DNA of 64,000 nucleotides, from contig PPNB01000016.1 of assembly GCA_003707115.1 (NCBI GenBank), positions 124,001 through 188,000 on the forward strand, given 5' to 3'. This DNA is from Tortispora ganteri. Its lineage: Eukaryota. The position numbers were made by a program, and so were the translations under genes. Each line of letters begins with the position of its first letter. The first letter of the stretch is position 1. Below, piece after piece: positions 1 through 11,277 of the stretch. The notes under the pieces were generated by a model that saw nothing but the letters and a program-made list of their open reading frames with translations, did not search any database and was not told the DNA's origin.

Positions 1-2379
1 TCGAACAAGTTTTTTCAAGTGTTCCTTTCCGATAAACTTCGACAGCGCATATCCGGTAAGGCATATGTCGTATTGGTCAAAAATATCAGATTTAATATCC
101 TCAGAAGGATCAATAGGGATTACCGTCTTCTCGTCAACAGACTTGAATATCAGCTCTGACTTATGACTTTCATCTTCCTCTGGTGCGTCAAGAATAAGAA
201 CTTCTCTAGTCACAATCTCAACCTCTCGCGCGACATGTACTGCAGTTAATGGGTTGTCACCGGTAATCATTACCGCACGGTGGGATGACTCATTCAACAT
301 CCTGATGGTTTCTATAGCGTCTGGTTTTAAAGGACAGCTAAAGATCAAAAATCCAGCAAATATGAGTTTGCTTTCCACCTCTTCACGATTTATATGGTTA
401 ATATCATGTGTGGTTAAGTTTGAAGGTAGGTATTTGTAAGCAAGTGCAAGAACACGGCTTCCTGAGCGAGTGTAGCTCTTATATACATCCTCGTAAAAAT
501 GAGGAACATCGACTAGCATTTTCTGAATAGTTTCTGGGGCTCCCTTGACGCTAGCCAGTTTCTTGTCTTCGACAACCGAAATGGTACTCGAGCGTTTAAG
601 TGCAGATGAAAACTGAAACCTGCGTTTGATTTTAATCTTGCGCGAAGAGCCCGATTTTTTCGAAGAAGATAAGGCGGTATCAGGGACGACAGTATCACTG
701 TGTTCAAGTTTCCATTTAAGAGATTTCAAAGTATTTTTCTCCATTGGGTCACCGACAATTTCTCCATCGTCTAAACGTACCAAAGCGTGAGCAGATGCAA
801 GTACATTCAAAGTGGCTAGAGGAACCTCAGCAGCGTCAACCAATTTTGAAGGATCATTATGGTTCGTACCAGCAACACCTTCAACTACCAAGTCTTCAGA
901 AGTCAAAGTACCTGTTTTATCAAAGCAACAAACGTCGAGTCTACCAGCAAAAGGAATTCTAAAAGGCTCCGTGCAGAAAATAGCAAATTTACTCAATGCA
1001 GCCAATGAGCTGTTCACAGCAAGTGTAAGTTCCATCGGCAATTCAGGAGGAACAACAGATGTTATGATAATAACACAGTATAATAGAAGTTTAGAGCGCT
1101 TTCGGTCATTACGAACACCTTCATTCCAAACATACCAACTGGCTGCAATCGCAAATATAAGCAGAAATAAAATAAACAATAGAGCTTCAGTATTGTTGGC
1201 TGATACTCGCTCAGTAGAGAATATCATCGTCCTTATAAGAGAACCTTGACTAGTTTCAAAGCCTGTTTTGGTGACAATGGCGACAGCGCCAGAATCAGGG
1301 GGGTTAGGCACCGCGCAATTGTCGTCGTCTTTAGGTTGTTGTGTCACTTGCAAGACCTTTGTGCCACTATATAGCACCGAATTTTTATCGAGACCTTCTA
1401 TGTCAATAGAAGCATCAGTAGGGCGAAGTGCGATAGACTCCTTCAGCAGGGGAGTCGACTCACCTGAAAGCATGGCTTCATTCACAATAGCGGATCCATG
1501 AAGAATGATCATATCGCAGGGGACAGCGGAGTCGTCCTTTGTGCGAGTGACTGATATGATGTCATTAGGAAGAATTTCATCTGAGTGTATTAGAGTCCAT
1601 GCACCTTTACGATAAACATAAACTTCAAAGGGTTGTATATTCATTGATCGAAACTCCATGGTGGTTCGCTGTCTTTGCCAAACAACGGTGGATTCAAACG
1701 CCACGAGCATAAAGAGAGTGAACACAGAGAATTTCCATTGTTCGTCTAGACACCAGAGACCAACGCAGAATATCTGAAACACAAAAAAGGGAGCCACTGC
1801 GTGTTCACGGAATAGTTCTGAGAATGTGGGTACAGGGACGTCAAAAGTGTTCTTGCCGTAAAGCCTGACTGCAAGTTCAGTGTCGTCCAAGCCTTTTGCA
1901 GTGAGTAGATCTCCTATTTTAGGAGCATAATCTATAGGGTAAACAGGAGGAGCAAAACTCTTTGTGTCCGGGTTGTAAACAAAACGACGACTCTGAAAAA
2001 TGAATGATATTTCTACGTCGCCGTCTGCGATATCGCGGGAGAGCTTGCAGAACTCAGGGACGCCGTTATTAGGGGCTGGAATGACTTTTATTAGAGTGGC
2101 GGCGTCTACGGAGGACTGTCGCATTGTGGTGAACCAAGCCTTGATCTCGATATTCCAGTGTGTGGACAGCCAGAGTAGAGCCTGGATGCACATGATAGTA
2201 CCTAGGGAAACGACTGTCCACTCACGAGCGCCAAGATATGTGTCATAATGGGTAGTGTATATGTAAAAGAAGTAAGGGTAGAGAAAGAGAAAAGGAAATA
2301 CGTATGGCTTAGACCAATCGGGCACTTCAGAATGCAAAGTAGCCTTCTTCACTGTTGGGTGAGGAACAAGCGACGTCAT
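1..2379 (-). CDS. SPF1: P5A-type ER ATPase (Spf1/Cod1), 3' end runs off the window
   Basis: Absent from the ORF track because its stop lies outside the window. Manual minus-strand translation from ATG 2379 gives MTSLVPHPTVKKATLHSEVPDWSKPYVFPF..., then EAMLSGESTP, VVPPELPMEL (P5A-type PPELP), CCFDKTGTLT phosphorylation motif (~905-930), KGAPE and MITGDNPLTA. Confidence 0.95.
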   Translation of the reverse strand, partial: MTSLVPHPTVKKATLHSEVPDWSKPYVFPFLFLYPYFFYIYTTHYDTYLGAREWTVVSLGTIMCIQALLWLSTHWNIEIKAWFTTMRQSSVDAATLIKVIPAPNNGVPEFCKLSRDIADGDVEISFIFQSRRFVYNPDTKSFAPPVYPIDYAPKIGDLLTAKGLDDTELAVRLYGKNTFDVPVPTFSELFREHAVAPFFVFQIFCVGLWCLDEQWKFSVFTLFMLVAFESTVVWQRQRTTMEFRSMNIQPFEVYVYRKGAWTLIHSDEILPNDIISVTRTKDDSAVPCDMIILHGSAIVNEAMLSGESTPLLKESIALRPTDASIDIEGLDKNSVLYSGTKVLQVTQQPKDDDNCAVPNPPDSGAVAIVTKTGFETSQGSLIRTMIFSTERVSANNTEALLFILFLLIFAIAASWYVWNEGVRNDRKRSKLLLYCVIIITSVVPPELPMELTLAVNSSLAALSKFAIFCTEPFRIPFAGRLDVCCFDKTGTLTSEDLVVEGVAGTNHNDPSKLVDAAEVPLATLNVLASAHALVRLDDGEIVGDPMEKNTLKSLKWKLEHSDTVVPDTALSSSKKSGSSRKIKIKRRFQFSSALKRSSTISVVEDKKLASVKGAPETIQKMLVDVPHFYEDVYKSYTRSGSRVLALAYKYLPSNLTTHDINHINREEVESKLIFAGFLIFSCPLKPDAIETIRMLNESSHRAVMITGDNPLTAVHVAREVEIVTREVLILDAPEEDESHKSELIFKSVDEKTVIPIDPSEDIKSDIFDQYDICLTGYALSKFIGKEHLKKLVR

Positions 2380-2573
2380 TCCGTAGTGTGGTTCGATAGG
2401 TGGCAGTTTAGTTTTAAGAAAGTCAAGGAAGGATAAATCAGTGTTGGTTGGAAGAAAATTGTGAGCTATAATGATGAACCCTTAACCCTTGAATTTTAGA
2501 AGAGAAAGAAAGAAATATAAGATAAATAGAAATTGAGGTGTTGATTAAAAAGAAGGAGATCTGAAAGGAATAG

Positions 2574-3017
2574 TTATCGCCTAATAAGAAGATACATGTT
2601 TTCGTGTTTTAGTGCAGCTAGACGGCGATAATCACCTTCTAGGCAGAGCAGGAGTCCACCAAAGGAGGCGTACAAAATGACTGAATCAGCGGAACCTTCT
2701 TCGAATTTATACATTGTTCCGTGCATAACGTAATCGTATTCGTTAGCGAGACTGCGTTCGTCAGGTTTTGGCGGTCTCCATGAAGTGACCGAAGATGTGT
2801 TATTATCGTCGTCTTCGTCGTCAATAGCTAGGGATTTGACAATGCATACGGTCAAGTTGTCACCTTGGTTTACTGGGTAAATTTCTGAGTTGATGTCGAG
2901 AATCATTTTCACATCAGTTCCACCTGTACTTTTACCGATTATTCTCGAAACCCTGTCATATTTACCATTGTCTATGCTCGATATTTCAAATATATCGTCA
3001 AACAACGCTGAGCTCAT
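2574..3017 (-). CDS. RPB8: Shared RNA polymerase I/II/III subunit RPABC3 (Rpb8)
   Basis: [61 protein letters not shown] match Rpb8 hallmarks. Confidence 0.97.
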   Translation of the reverse strand: MSSALFDDIFEISSIDNGKYDRVSRIIGKSTGGTDVKMILDINSEIYPVNQGDNLTVCIVKSLAIDDEDDDNNTSSVTSWRPPKPDERSLANEYDYVMHGTMYKFEEGSADSVILYASFGGLLLCLEGDYRRLAALKHENMYLLIRR

Positions 3018-3468
3018 GGTTCTTACTAAGGTAAGACAATTGGCTGGTTTCGATGGTTCCTGTCGAAAGTCTCAAAAAACTGACCTGAAGGCTAAATTGG
3101 GACCAATAATAAAAGCCACCTTATTAAGAGCTGGTTCTGCAACAGGAGCAGCACCATTGAAATAGTCTATACAACTACCTCAGAATTTACATATTTTTGC
3201 TCTTTTATTGCAATTATTTCAAAGTATCTAAAGCAAAATTGCCTATATAGGTCATTCATTTAGTAGCCAGCCGGACGATTGTGCAGTTTCATCGCTATTA
3301 CCCTCCCAAACCTCTGAACAACACACTCCCATCCCCAATACCCGCGTACCCTGCCCCCTGCCCTTTTTCTCCATTACGACTCAACCTTCCTGTATCTCTT
3401 TTCCTTGGTTCTCATACAAGAAACGGGCAATTTATATTGCGTTGATACACCTGGCACCAAAATAACTT

Positions 3469-6400
3469 ATGGAACATTCTAGTGCTGTGGATGGCGAAAG
3501 CACCACGACCTCGACCGCTGAACCTATCGAAACCGACACCGCTACGTCCCCCCGTGTATCGGAAGAACCACCTGTTTTCGAGAAACCCTCCGAAGACTCG
3601 CAACCGCTCGATACAAAACCTAACGGTACTGTAAACTCTCCTGCATTTGAACTCTCTGGCGAAATTGCATCTACTGAAAATGAAGAGACTTCTAAAGACA
3701 CTTTACCTGAGCAACACTCTGACGTTCAAATAGTCGACTCAAACGGTGTCCCCACTATAACTGTCTCGGAAACTCGACCTCTACCGTCGCCGGCTATTCT
3801 CAAAGGTCCCTTTCAGACAATTGTTGACTCTAAAGAAGCTTCGCGCGATCTTTCCTTGCAGAACTCGGCACAGAGAGCGCTCGATGCAATTGGCACCTCA
3901 GAGGTAACTCAGTATATACTTCTCGAACCGCTTCGACTGGCATGCAAACCTGCGTCCAGTAGCGAACTAAAGCTTGTGGCTCTAGATATTCTTTCGAAAC
4001 TGCTGTCTTTTGGATACTTCGACAATAAAATTACTCCCGACCCTGTGGCTACCGAGTCGCAAAGTTCTCCAGATGCCGTCAAAATAAACCCACTCCCCCA
4101 ATCCTCTATGCTCGACCGCGCCGTCGAAGTGGTATGCTCTTGCTTCCGAGGTGAAAATACTGACGAAAAAGTTGAACTCCAAATAATAAAAGCCCTTATG
4201 ACTACTGTCCTCAATGACAGGGTCATCCTCCATGGCTCTACTATGTTAAATGCCACTAAAGTGGTCTTCTTCATATTCTGTGGCTCACACTCGACTAATA
4301 GCCAGGCAGTCGCTCAAACATCTCTTATCCAGATGGTATCGGCAGTTTTTGATCGCCTTAAGCCTCTTATTAACAGGATTACAGTCAACTATAAGCCGGA
4401 CACGGTGGATGACAGCAACACTTCTAAGGAACCATCTGCTCCCTCCACTGCTGGAAAAGAATCACTGACCTTGGAGTCATTAGGTCGAACAAGCTTGGAT
4501 GATGATGATAACAACACCCATGCTCAAAAAGATCTTGATGAGCCACATTCTGAAGAAGAATTGTTAATTCGTGATGCTATTATGGTGTTTCGCGTCTTCT
4601 GTCGACTTGCTAGCAAATCCCTCGACGATAAAAGCTTTAACGATTTGAGATCCCAAGAGCTGCGGTCAAAATTACTGACTTTGAATATTGTCTACACTAC
4701 TCTCGACCGATATGCTGATGTTTTTGCTTCTGAAAACATAAAGATGCAAAAACGCAAACATCCATATGAAAGCCAAACTTTACTAATGTCCACTGAAAAT
4801 TTCATATGCAGTTGTTTAGCCAAAAATGCTTCTAATCCTCTGCCTCAGATATTTGAGACATCTGCAGAGATATTTTATATTCTGTTAACGAAATTGCGTC
4901 CTCATTTCAAGTTTGAACTCTCTTTGTTTTTAGCTGAAATATATATTCCAGTGTTGGAGAATAAAACGTTCACAGCCAATCAAAAACGATACACCATATC
5001 TATCTTAAAGCGTCTCGCAGGTAATGCGAAACTCTGGGTGGAAATCTACCTTAACTATGATTGTGACTCTCAATTACCTAACCTTTATGAAAGGTTTGTT
5101 GACATTCTATGCAGAATGTCATCTGTATCATTGTTCCTCTCAGCTTCAAATGAGGCTCACTACAATGAGATATACTCCTCATTGAAGCCCCTTGGAATAA
5201 TACCATCATTCCCTTCTTCACTTGCAACTAATTTTCTATCGTCATTTGCTTATTCTACGGACATAGGCATTCCGATTGATTATTATATGAAAAGAGAATC
5301 GATTGATTTTATTGTTGTCATGCTACGTGCGCAGTATGCGTGGGCACGTCCTGACATATCTGTGACTTCTTCGACTGGATCTATTTCAGCTAGGTCACGC
5401 TCAGCAAGTAGTCTTTCAGCTGCTGGACCGACTCCGGAACTTACTCATGGCTCTCTGAGGTCCCCTTCAGGTACTCACATGGATATTCCTGTGACAATCA
5501 CTCCAGGCAGTTATAATGGTGACGATCCAGATCAGTTTGAAAATTTGAAATTGCAAAAGAAAACTCTAGACAATGCTATCAAACTTTTTAATTTCAAGCC
5601 AAAGAAAGGTTTGGAGCTTCTCATAAAGGAAAAGATTATACCTGAAAATGATCCTAAACTTGTTGCGGAATTTTTGATATCCACCCCTGGAATTGATAAG
5701 CAGGTTTTAGGTGAATATCTAGGTGAGGGTGATGATTTTAATATTGAAGTCATGCATCATTTTGTGGATTCTTTATCATTTTCTAATATGCAGTTTGTCG
5801 ACGCATTAAGGTATTTCTTGCAAAAATTCCGTTTACCTGGTGAATCACAGAAGATTGATCGTATTATGCTAAAATTTGCTCAAAGATACTTTGAAGGGAA
5901 TCCTCATGTTTTTGCTAAAGCCGAAACAGCTTATGTTCTGGCGTATTCCGTGATCATACTCAACACAGATTTGTACAGTCCTCAGGTAAAATCTAGAATG
6001 ACCAAGGAAGATTTTATTAAAAACAATCGTGGAATTGATGATAATAAGGACCTTCAAGTGGAGTATCTGGCCAGCATTTACGACAATATCGCTGGAGAAG
6101 AAATTACGCTAAAATCTGAGCGTGAGACTAAGCTTCTCCAAGGTGAGACGTCTGCTACGCATGGTTCTTCTAATCCTCAAGGATTATCAGGCATATTCTC
6201 TAATAGGGATCTCCAACGAGAAGCTTATATACAGGTTTCAAAAGAATTGTCAAATAAAGCTGAAGCCATGGTGAAAAGTCTATCTAAGTCTCAATCCAAA
6301 GGTGTATACTATGTTGCCTCCCACTTTCAGCATATAGGTCCAATGTTTGAAGTCTGTTGGATGTCATATCTTGCTGGTTTAAGTGGTCCCTTGCAGGAGA

Positions 6401-8892
6401 ATTCTAATTCTGCTATTTATCGTGAATGTTTACTTGGTGTGGAGGCAGCGATTGATATATCTTGCTACTTCGACATTTCGCTTGCTCGTATATCATTCAT
6501 TGGAGTTCTAGCTAAGGCTACTAACTTATATGACATTAGAGCAATGCGACCTGAAAACGTTGATGCAATTAAAGGCCTCTTGAATATTGCAATTAATGAT
6601 GGTGATTATCTCAAAGATTCATGGAAGGAAATATTGACTTGTATTAGCCAACTGGAAAGAGCGCAGCTAATCGGTGCTGGTGGAGGTAATACAATCGATA
6701 TTCCGGATGTCGGGCTGACGAAAATTGCTAATTCTTCTCACAGACGAGACTCTCATGAAACTATTAGCACTTCACGATTAATTCCAGGCCGACATAGTAG
6801 AGCTCGGTCATCTTCGAACTTTTCACAAGCCAACCAAGCATTTGCTCACACAACAGTCGCTAAGGAATCTAGTACTGCTGATATCGTTGTTGCAATGGAC
6901 AAAGTATTTCAACGAAGTCAGTACCTTTCTGGTACAGCTATCCTAGATTTTGTACGAGCTTTAACGGAGTTGTGCTGGGAAGAAATTCAATCGTCGCTAA
7001 ACACGGAAGAACCCAGATTATTTTCTTTAAATAAGATGGTGGATGTGACTGATTACAATATGACACGTATCAGAGTTGAATGGAATTCTATATGGTCAAT
7101 TATGGGTGAAATGTTTAATCGGATTGGATCTATTCCTTCCTCCGCAGTAGCTATTGCGGCTGTTAACTCATTGCTACAGCTTTCTCGGCGCTTCCTTGTT
7201 TTACAGGAGTTGCCTCATTTCCAATTCCAGAAGCAATTTCTTATGCCTTTTGAAGAAATCTTCAAAAACAGCAATGACTTGCAGGTTAAAGAACTCATTC
7301 TTGAGTGTCTAAGACGCATGATAATGGAGCGTTCAGAGAATTTAAGATCAGGTTGGGCGACAATGTTTGGAACATTCGGAGTGGCTAGTGTTGATCCATC
7401 TGAGCATGTTGTTGAGCTTACATTTTCCATTGTCAAGGAAACCCATGAAAACCATTTCAGCGAAATTCTTAGCCAAGGCAGTTTCCCTGCGCTAATTGAA
7501 ACTTTGACATCTTTTGCTGAGAATCCTAAATATCAAAAGTTTGGGTTGAAATCACTGGAGCTCATTAAACAATCTGTTCCTTTGATGCTAGAGAGCGCCT
7601 CTGTGGATTCTCAGAAGGTGTCTGACAGTACAGGTCAGGATGAAAATTCTCATCCAATATCTGTATTCCAAGATTGTTGGCTTCCAGTTCTTTCTGGTTT
7701 ACATTCTGTTATTCGTGGGGCAGATGACCTTGAAGTTAGATCCCGAGCATTAAACTATCTATTTGATATCTTGGTGGAATATGGAGGTAGTTTCAATTTG
7801 GATGCCTGGTCTGTCGTGTGCGAAAGTATTTTATTCCCGATGTTTGATGTTCTTAAAGTACATCAGAACAGCGATAAGTTCAACGATCCGGATGAAATGT
7901 CAGTATGGCTTTCTACTACAATGATACAGGCACTGCGCAATTTGATTGCGTTATTTTCACATTATTTTGAGACACTTGAACCGAAACTTGACCAGTTTTT
8001 GAGCTTATTGGTTGAATGTGTATATCAGGAGAACGATACTCTTTCCAGAATTGGTACGTCATGTCTTGAGCAGCTGGTTGTGAAAAACCGCGAGAAATTA
8101 AGTAATGAAGATTGGACGAAAATTGTGGATGTTATCACGGAACTGTTTAGACGCACTACTGCTATGCAACTGGACCCTGAGAACGCTACTGGATCTGATC
8201 GTATTTTTGAAAAAGATTACAACTCAGAAAATGGTGAGAAAGAGGATATGTCTCTGGAAGAAGTTACACCTGAACGAAGACGTATACACGGTGTAATTAT
8301 TGCGAAATGTGTATTACATTTGTTGATAGTTGAGACTGTTGCGACGCTTTTGGGTGACGATAAAACTTTGAAAGCGATGCCATTGGAAGAAATTATGAGA
8401 TTACTGCACTGTGCGCATAATTCCTATGACTTTGCGCATCGGTTCAATTCTAACAAACCTCTTCGAATGAAACTGTGGCGCGAAGGGTTTATGAAACAGT
8501 TGCCAAATCTGCTCAAACAAGAGACTAATTCTGCGTCATTATGTTTAAATGTGTTGTTTAAGCTGTTTTTGTACCATGAAGAGCTAGGCAAGGAGTTAGG
8601 ATCTGATAATGAAGTTGAAAAAGAGCTATTTGATGTGATGGAAGCCGTTGTGCAAGGGTACGTCAGCTTAGACGAAGAGACTCAACAACGAAATATTGCT
8701 GCATGGAGTCCTGTTGTTATTAATTTACTCAAGTCAGTTGCGGAGTTTCCGGATGATAAATTTAAACCTCACGTTGAGAAATTTTACAACTTGTCGATGA
8801 TTATGTTAGAACGAGACGTATCTGCGGATTCGCGCTTAGCTGTGCGATTAGTGCTGCTACGTGTTGGAAATGTTGTTTTCGAGAAATCATAA
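3469..8892 (+). CDS. SEC7: Arf guanine-nucleotide exchange factor Sec7 (BIG family)
   Basis: 1807 aa. DCB/HUS region with the YLNYDCD HUS box, Sec7 domain FNFKPKKG..LGEYLGEG..FRLPGESQKIDR..LNTDLYSPQVK, HDS repeats, C-terminal LPNLLKQET. Confidence 0.97.
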   Translation: MEHSSAVDGESTTTSTAEPIETDTATSPRVSEEPPVFEKPSEDSQPLDTKPNGTVNSPAFELSGEIASTENEETSKDTLPEQHSDVQIVDSNGVPTITVSETRPLPSPAILKGPFQTIVDSKEASRDLSLQNSAQRALDAIGTSEVTQYILLEPLRLACKPASSSELKLVALDILSKLLSFGYFDNKITPDPVATESQSSPDAVKINPLPQSSMLDRAVEVVCSCFRGENTDEKVELQIIKALMTTVLNDRVILHGSTMLNATKVVFFIFCGSHSTNSQAVAQTSLIQMVSAVFDRLKPLINRITVNYKPDTVDDSNTSKEPSAPSTAGKESLTLESLGRTSLDDDDNNTHAQKDLDEPHSEEELLIRDAIMVFRVFCRLASKSLDDKSFNDLRSQELRSKLLTLNIVYTTLDRYADVFASENIKMQKRKHPYESQTLLMSTENFICSCLAKNASNPLPQIFETSAEIFYILLTKLRPHFKFELSLFLAEIYIPVLENKTFTANQKRYTISILKRLAGNAKLWVEIYLNYDCDSQLPNLYERFVDILCRMSSVSLFLSASNEAHYNEIYSSLKPLGIIPSFPSSLATNFLSSFAYSTDIGIPIDYYMKRESIDFIVVMLRAQYAWARPDISVTSSTGSISARSRSASSLSAAGPTPELTHGSLRSPSGTHMDIPVTITPGSYNGDDPDQFENLKLQKKTLDNAIKLFNFKPKKGLELLIKEKIIPENDPKLVAEFLISTPGIDKQVLGEYLGEGDDFNIEVMHHFVDSLSFSNMQFVDALRYFLQKFRLPGESQKIDRIMLKFAQRYFEGNPHVFAKAETAYVLAYSVIILNTDLYSPQVKSRMTKEDFIKNNRGIDDNKDLQVEYLASIYDNIAGEEITLKSERETKLLQGETSATHGSSNPQGLSGIFSNRDLQREAYIQVSKELSNKAEAMVKSLSKSQSKGVYYVASHFQHIGPMFEVCWMSYLAGLSGPLQENSNSAIYRECLLGVEAAIDISCYFDISLARISFIGVLAKATNLYDIRAMRPENVDAIKGLLNIAINDGDYLKDSWKEILTCISQLERAQLIGAGGGNTIDIPDVGLTKIANSSHRRDSHETISTSRLIPGRHSRARSSSNFSQANQAFAHTTVAKESSTADIVVAMDKVFQRSQYLSGTAILDFVRALTELCWEEIQSSLNTEEPRLFSLNKMVDVTDYNMTRIRVEWNSIWSIMGEMFNRIGSIPSSAVAIAAVNSLLQLSRRFLVLQELPHFQFQKQFLMPFEEIFKNSNDLQVKELILECLRRMIMERSENLRSGWATMFGTFGVASVDPSEHVVELTFSIVKETHENHFSEILSQGSFPALIETLTSFAENPKYQKFGLKSLELIKQSVPLMLESASVDSQKVSDSTGQDENSHPISVFQDCWLPVLSGLHSVIRGADDLEVRSRALNYLFDILVEYGGSFNLDAWSVVCESILFPMFDVLKVHQNSDKFNDPDEMSVWLSTTMIQALRNLIALFSHYFETLEPKLDQFLSLLVECVYQENDTLSRIGTSCLEQLVVKNREKLSNEDWTKIVDVITELFRRTTAMQLDPENATGSDRIFEKDYNSENGEKEDMSLEEVTPERRRIHGVIIAKCVLHLLIVETVATLLGDDKTLKAMPLEEIMRLLHCAHNSYDFAHRFNSNKPLRMKLWREGFMKQLPNLLKQETNSASLCLNVLFKLFLYHEELGKELGSDNEVEKELFDVMEAVVQGYVSLDEETQQRNIAAWSPVVINLLKSVAEFPDDKFKPHVEKFYNLSMIMLERDVSADSRLAVRLVLLRVGNVVFEKS

Positions 8893-9048
8893 TTTGCGGT
8901 GGTTTTTTTTTTCTTCTCAATTCTTATAGTAATAACTGTATGTTTTGTTCATAGTTGAATTCTAGTATTGTAGCATTTTTGAGTGATTAATCGACGAAAT
9001 AAAGTCACTTGAAACTCAATTCTCACATCATATTGCAATTGCGGGGTA

Positions 9049-9876
9049 ATGAAAAGTTCAACACCGCCAATAATGAGCGTTTCAAATGCTGAGGAACAAG
9101 TAGCACTAGGTTTTCTTAAATTAGCGGCTGAAATCGAAACTACTAAGAAACTATCGGCGGAATTCCTCGGCGCGTTGTCGCCACTAATGAGGATGAAGCT
9201 TCAGTATATTCAACCAACCACAACTACACAACACAACCTGACCACATTGATACCAGAAATTGTATGGACTGAATCTTTAAGCGATAAAGATATAATTAAC
9301 AGAAAAAATTTTGTGTTGGCAGGTTCAAGAACGTGTGGGGTTTATGGTGTGAAGTACAAGAGAAACGATCCAGAACAACTACTATGCATGTTCCACTGCA
9401 GCACTTTTTGCACTGATCGATCATACGTCTGCTATTCTGCGACTGTCATTACTATGGGACTAGTGTTTGAGTATGTAACTGAAGAGCAAGCCTGGAAGTA
9501 TTTCAATATGATCGAAGGTGCGCCAACAGATGAGTCATGGTGCGACACTATTGAAGCAGCGGAGGAGTACTACGCAAATCATCCTCCAAATTTCGAACCT
9601 AATGACGATGAATATTGGAACAGGTATGATGAACAGAATCAAGATAGTATTACAACTAAGCCTGCTGAAGATAATAAGAACGAGGAAGACTTCTATAAAC
9701 AGTACGATAATGTTGAAACAGCGATCATCGGAGATTCAGAGAAAGTTGAAACTACTCATCCATTGAAAGAACATATCGGTTCTACTATTGCTAACTTGAA
9801 AAAATTGGCATTGTCTTCAAATATGTCTGAATCAATTTTCAGAGAGATAGTTCTCCAGTCTCTAGACGAGATCTAA
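9049..9876 (+). CDS. Uncharacterised fungal protein with acidic/aromatic C-terminal motifs
   Basis: 275-aa ORF filling the SEC7-TIF5 gap with protein-like composition; motifs DDEYWNRYD and EEDFYKQYD and a helical C-terminus. The start could be the second ATG at 9073. Confidence 0.75.
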   Translation: MKSSTPPIMSVSNAEEQVALGFLKLAAEIETTKKLSAEFLGALSPLMRMKLQYIQPTTTTQHNLTTLIPEIVWTESLSDKDIINRKNFVLAGSRTCGVYGVKYKRNDPEQLLCMFHCSTFCTDRSYVCYSATVITMGLVFEYVTEEQAWKYFNMIEGAPTDESWCDTIEAAEEYYANHPPNFEPNDDEYWNRYDEQNQDSITTKPAEDNKNEEDFYKQYDNVETAIIGDSEKVETTHPLKEHIGSTIANLKKLALSSNMSESIFREIVLQSLDEI

Positions 9877-9970
9877 CGTCTACTTTGTAATACAAAGTAT
9901 CAAGATTCATGCTATCTTTCACAAGATAAGTAATACTATATATAAATGAAACATAAATACTCAGTGTTAA

Positions 9971-11170
9971 TCACTCCTCATCCTGATCGTCTTCATGTTC
10001 GTCATCAGATTGCGACAGCCATTCAAGGAAAGGAGCAGCAGACTTGCGAATCTTCTTGCTCATTTCCTTGTCCACGTATTTTTTGCTGGCACGAGAACCC
10101 CATTTACTAACAACATCTTCAGATATAATGTCACGGTCGTAGTACTCGTACAAGATCTTGGACACTACAGGAATCAATTCAGGGTGTTGAGTTCCAATAA
10201 ACCTCTCGGTCCCTCCAAGAAAAGCTTTTTCGTGAGAAGGACTTGTAATCAGCTTTTTGAGAAGACCTGCGTGTTCCTTCACCTCATCCACAATATCTTC
10301 AGTAAAGATTGTCTGTGCCAGAACCTGTAATGTTCGCGAATTGTCAACAATATCTAGTTCTTGAGCTTTCTTGTAGATGTCCACGTCAGACGGTAACTCG
10401 TCTTGTCCTGAAATCCAGTCTCCGAGCTCGGAGAATGCGTTCGATGCTCCATAAGTATCTTCATCTTCCTCCTTCTCTCCTGTCAGAGCAACATTTCCAA
10501 CTGCGGAGGCCAGTTCTTTCATTCTAGCCTGCACAGCAGCCTCGGAGGTGTCAACAGTCCACTCATCATCGTAATCTCTGTCTGCATCAGGTAGAGCTGA
10601 AGCCTCTGAGGCTATACGGCGGGTGAGTTCGTCATCGGAGCCATGGGCTTCTTCATCAGCGGCAGAGTCTGCACCTCCGACATTTGAAGTAGCGGTGGCA
10701 GCGGCTTTTTTGCCCTTTTGCTTCTTTTGAGGAGGAGGATGTTTGCTGATATAAGCAGTCAACTTGTGAGTGAGTTCTACCGGAGAACGAGTACCACACG
10801 CTTTGCAGTCTAGCGATATTGATCCGTCCTTTGAGATGATGAATTCCGTTTCAGGGTTCTTGCAATTCTTGCACAAGACGAACTTGTTGATGAAAACATC
10901 GAGCAGATCTTGGAGTTTGGCCGGCTCGTGCACACCGTTGACAACCCAGCGATCTTCACTTTCATTAGCCGAGGTTTGAGCACCAAGCTCAAAACCAAAG
11001 AACTTATTTACATAGATAGGAGGACGGTTGAGGGCACGAGCAACCTCCTTGGTGTTAGTGACAAATGTACGAATACCATTACCACGACCAACGACTTTTG
11101 ATTGGATGGCAGGCATCTTGTACCTATAAAAGGGATCAGTGTTGTCACGTTGAACGTTTATGAGCGACAT
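9971..11170 (-). CDS. TIF5: Translation initiation factor eIF5
   Basis: DPFYRYKMP..GRGNGIRT..KFFGFELGAQT, zinc ribbon CKNCKNPET..CKACG, C-terminal W2 domain (YYDRDII..KWG..APFLEWL). ATG is in strong context AAA-ATG-T. Confidence 0.98.
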   Translation of the reverse strand: MSLINVQRDNTDPFYRYKMPAIQSKVVGRGNGIRTFVTNTKEVARALNRPPIYVNKFFGFELGAQTSANESEDRWVVNGVHEPAKLQDLLDVFINKFVLCKNCKNPETEFIISKDGSISLDCKACGTRSPVELTHKLTAYISKHPPPQKKQKGKKAAATATSNVGGADSAADEEAHGSDDELTRRIASEASALPDADRDYDDEWTVDTSEAAVQARMKELASAVGNVALTGEKEEDEDTYGASNAFSELGDWISGQDELPSDVDIYKKAQELDIVDNSRTLQVLAQTIFTEDIVDEVKEHAGLLKKLITSPSHEKAFLGGTERFIGTQHPELIPVVSKILYEYYDRDIISEDVVSKWGSRASKKYVDKEMSKKIRKSAAPFLEWLSQSDDEHEDDQDEE

Positions 11171-11277
11171 TTTACGTTTTGTAACTTCGGGTTCGGTGAA
11201 TAACTACTACTTATGTACTTTGTACAGCTGATCCAGGGGATTAGATAAAATGATTGCTCTGTAGGATACTGATTCAT
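11158..11277 (-). promoter_or_regulatory. Upstream ORF (39 aa) in the eIF5 leader, poor-context AUG, overlapping the main start out of frame
   Basis: Minus strand TTATTTT-ATG-A at 11277, open for 39 codons (MNQYPTEQSFYLIPWISCTKYISSSYSPNPKLQNVKCRS), stop TAA at 11160-11158 inside the TIF5 CDS. It is the only ATG in the ~360 nt upstream of the TIF5 start. Confidence 0.75.

Noticed and set aside
254..2436. Plus-strand ORFs of 61-145 aa at the window start
   Set aside because: Antisense shadows of the SPF1 CDS, which the track missed because its stop is outside the window.
2471..2564. ATGATGA ... CTGA pair resembling a C/D box snoRNA
   Set aside because: The interior is low-complexity and purine-rich, I could recognise no terminal stem or rRNA guide, and it lies antisense to the RPB8 3' UTR.
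3092..3157. 21-codon minus-strand ORF upstream of RPB8
   Set aside because: No evidence it lies within the transcript, it does not overlap the main ATG, and it is expected by chance.
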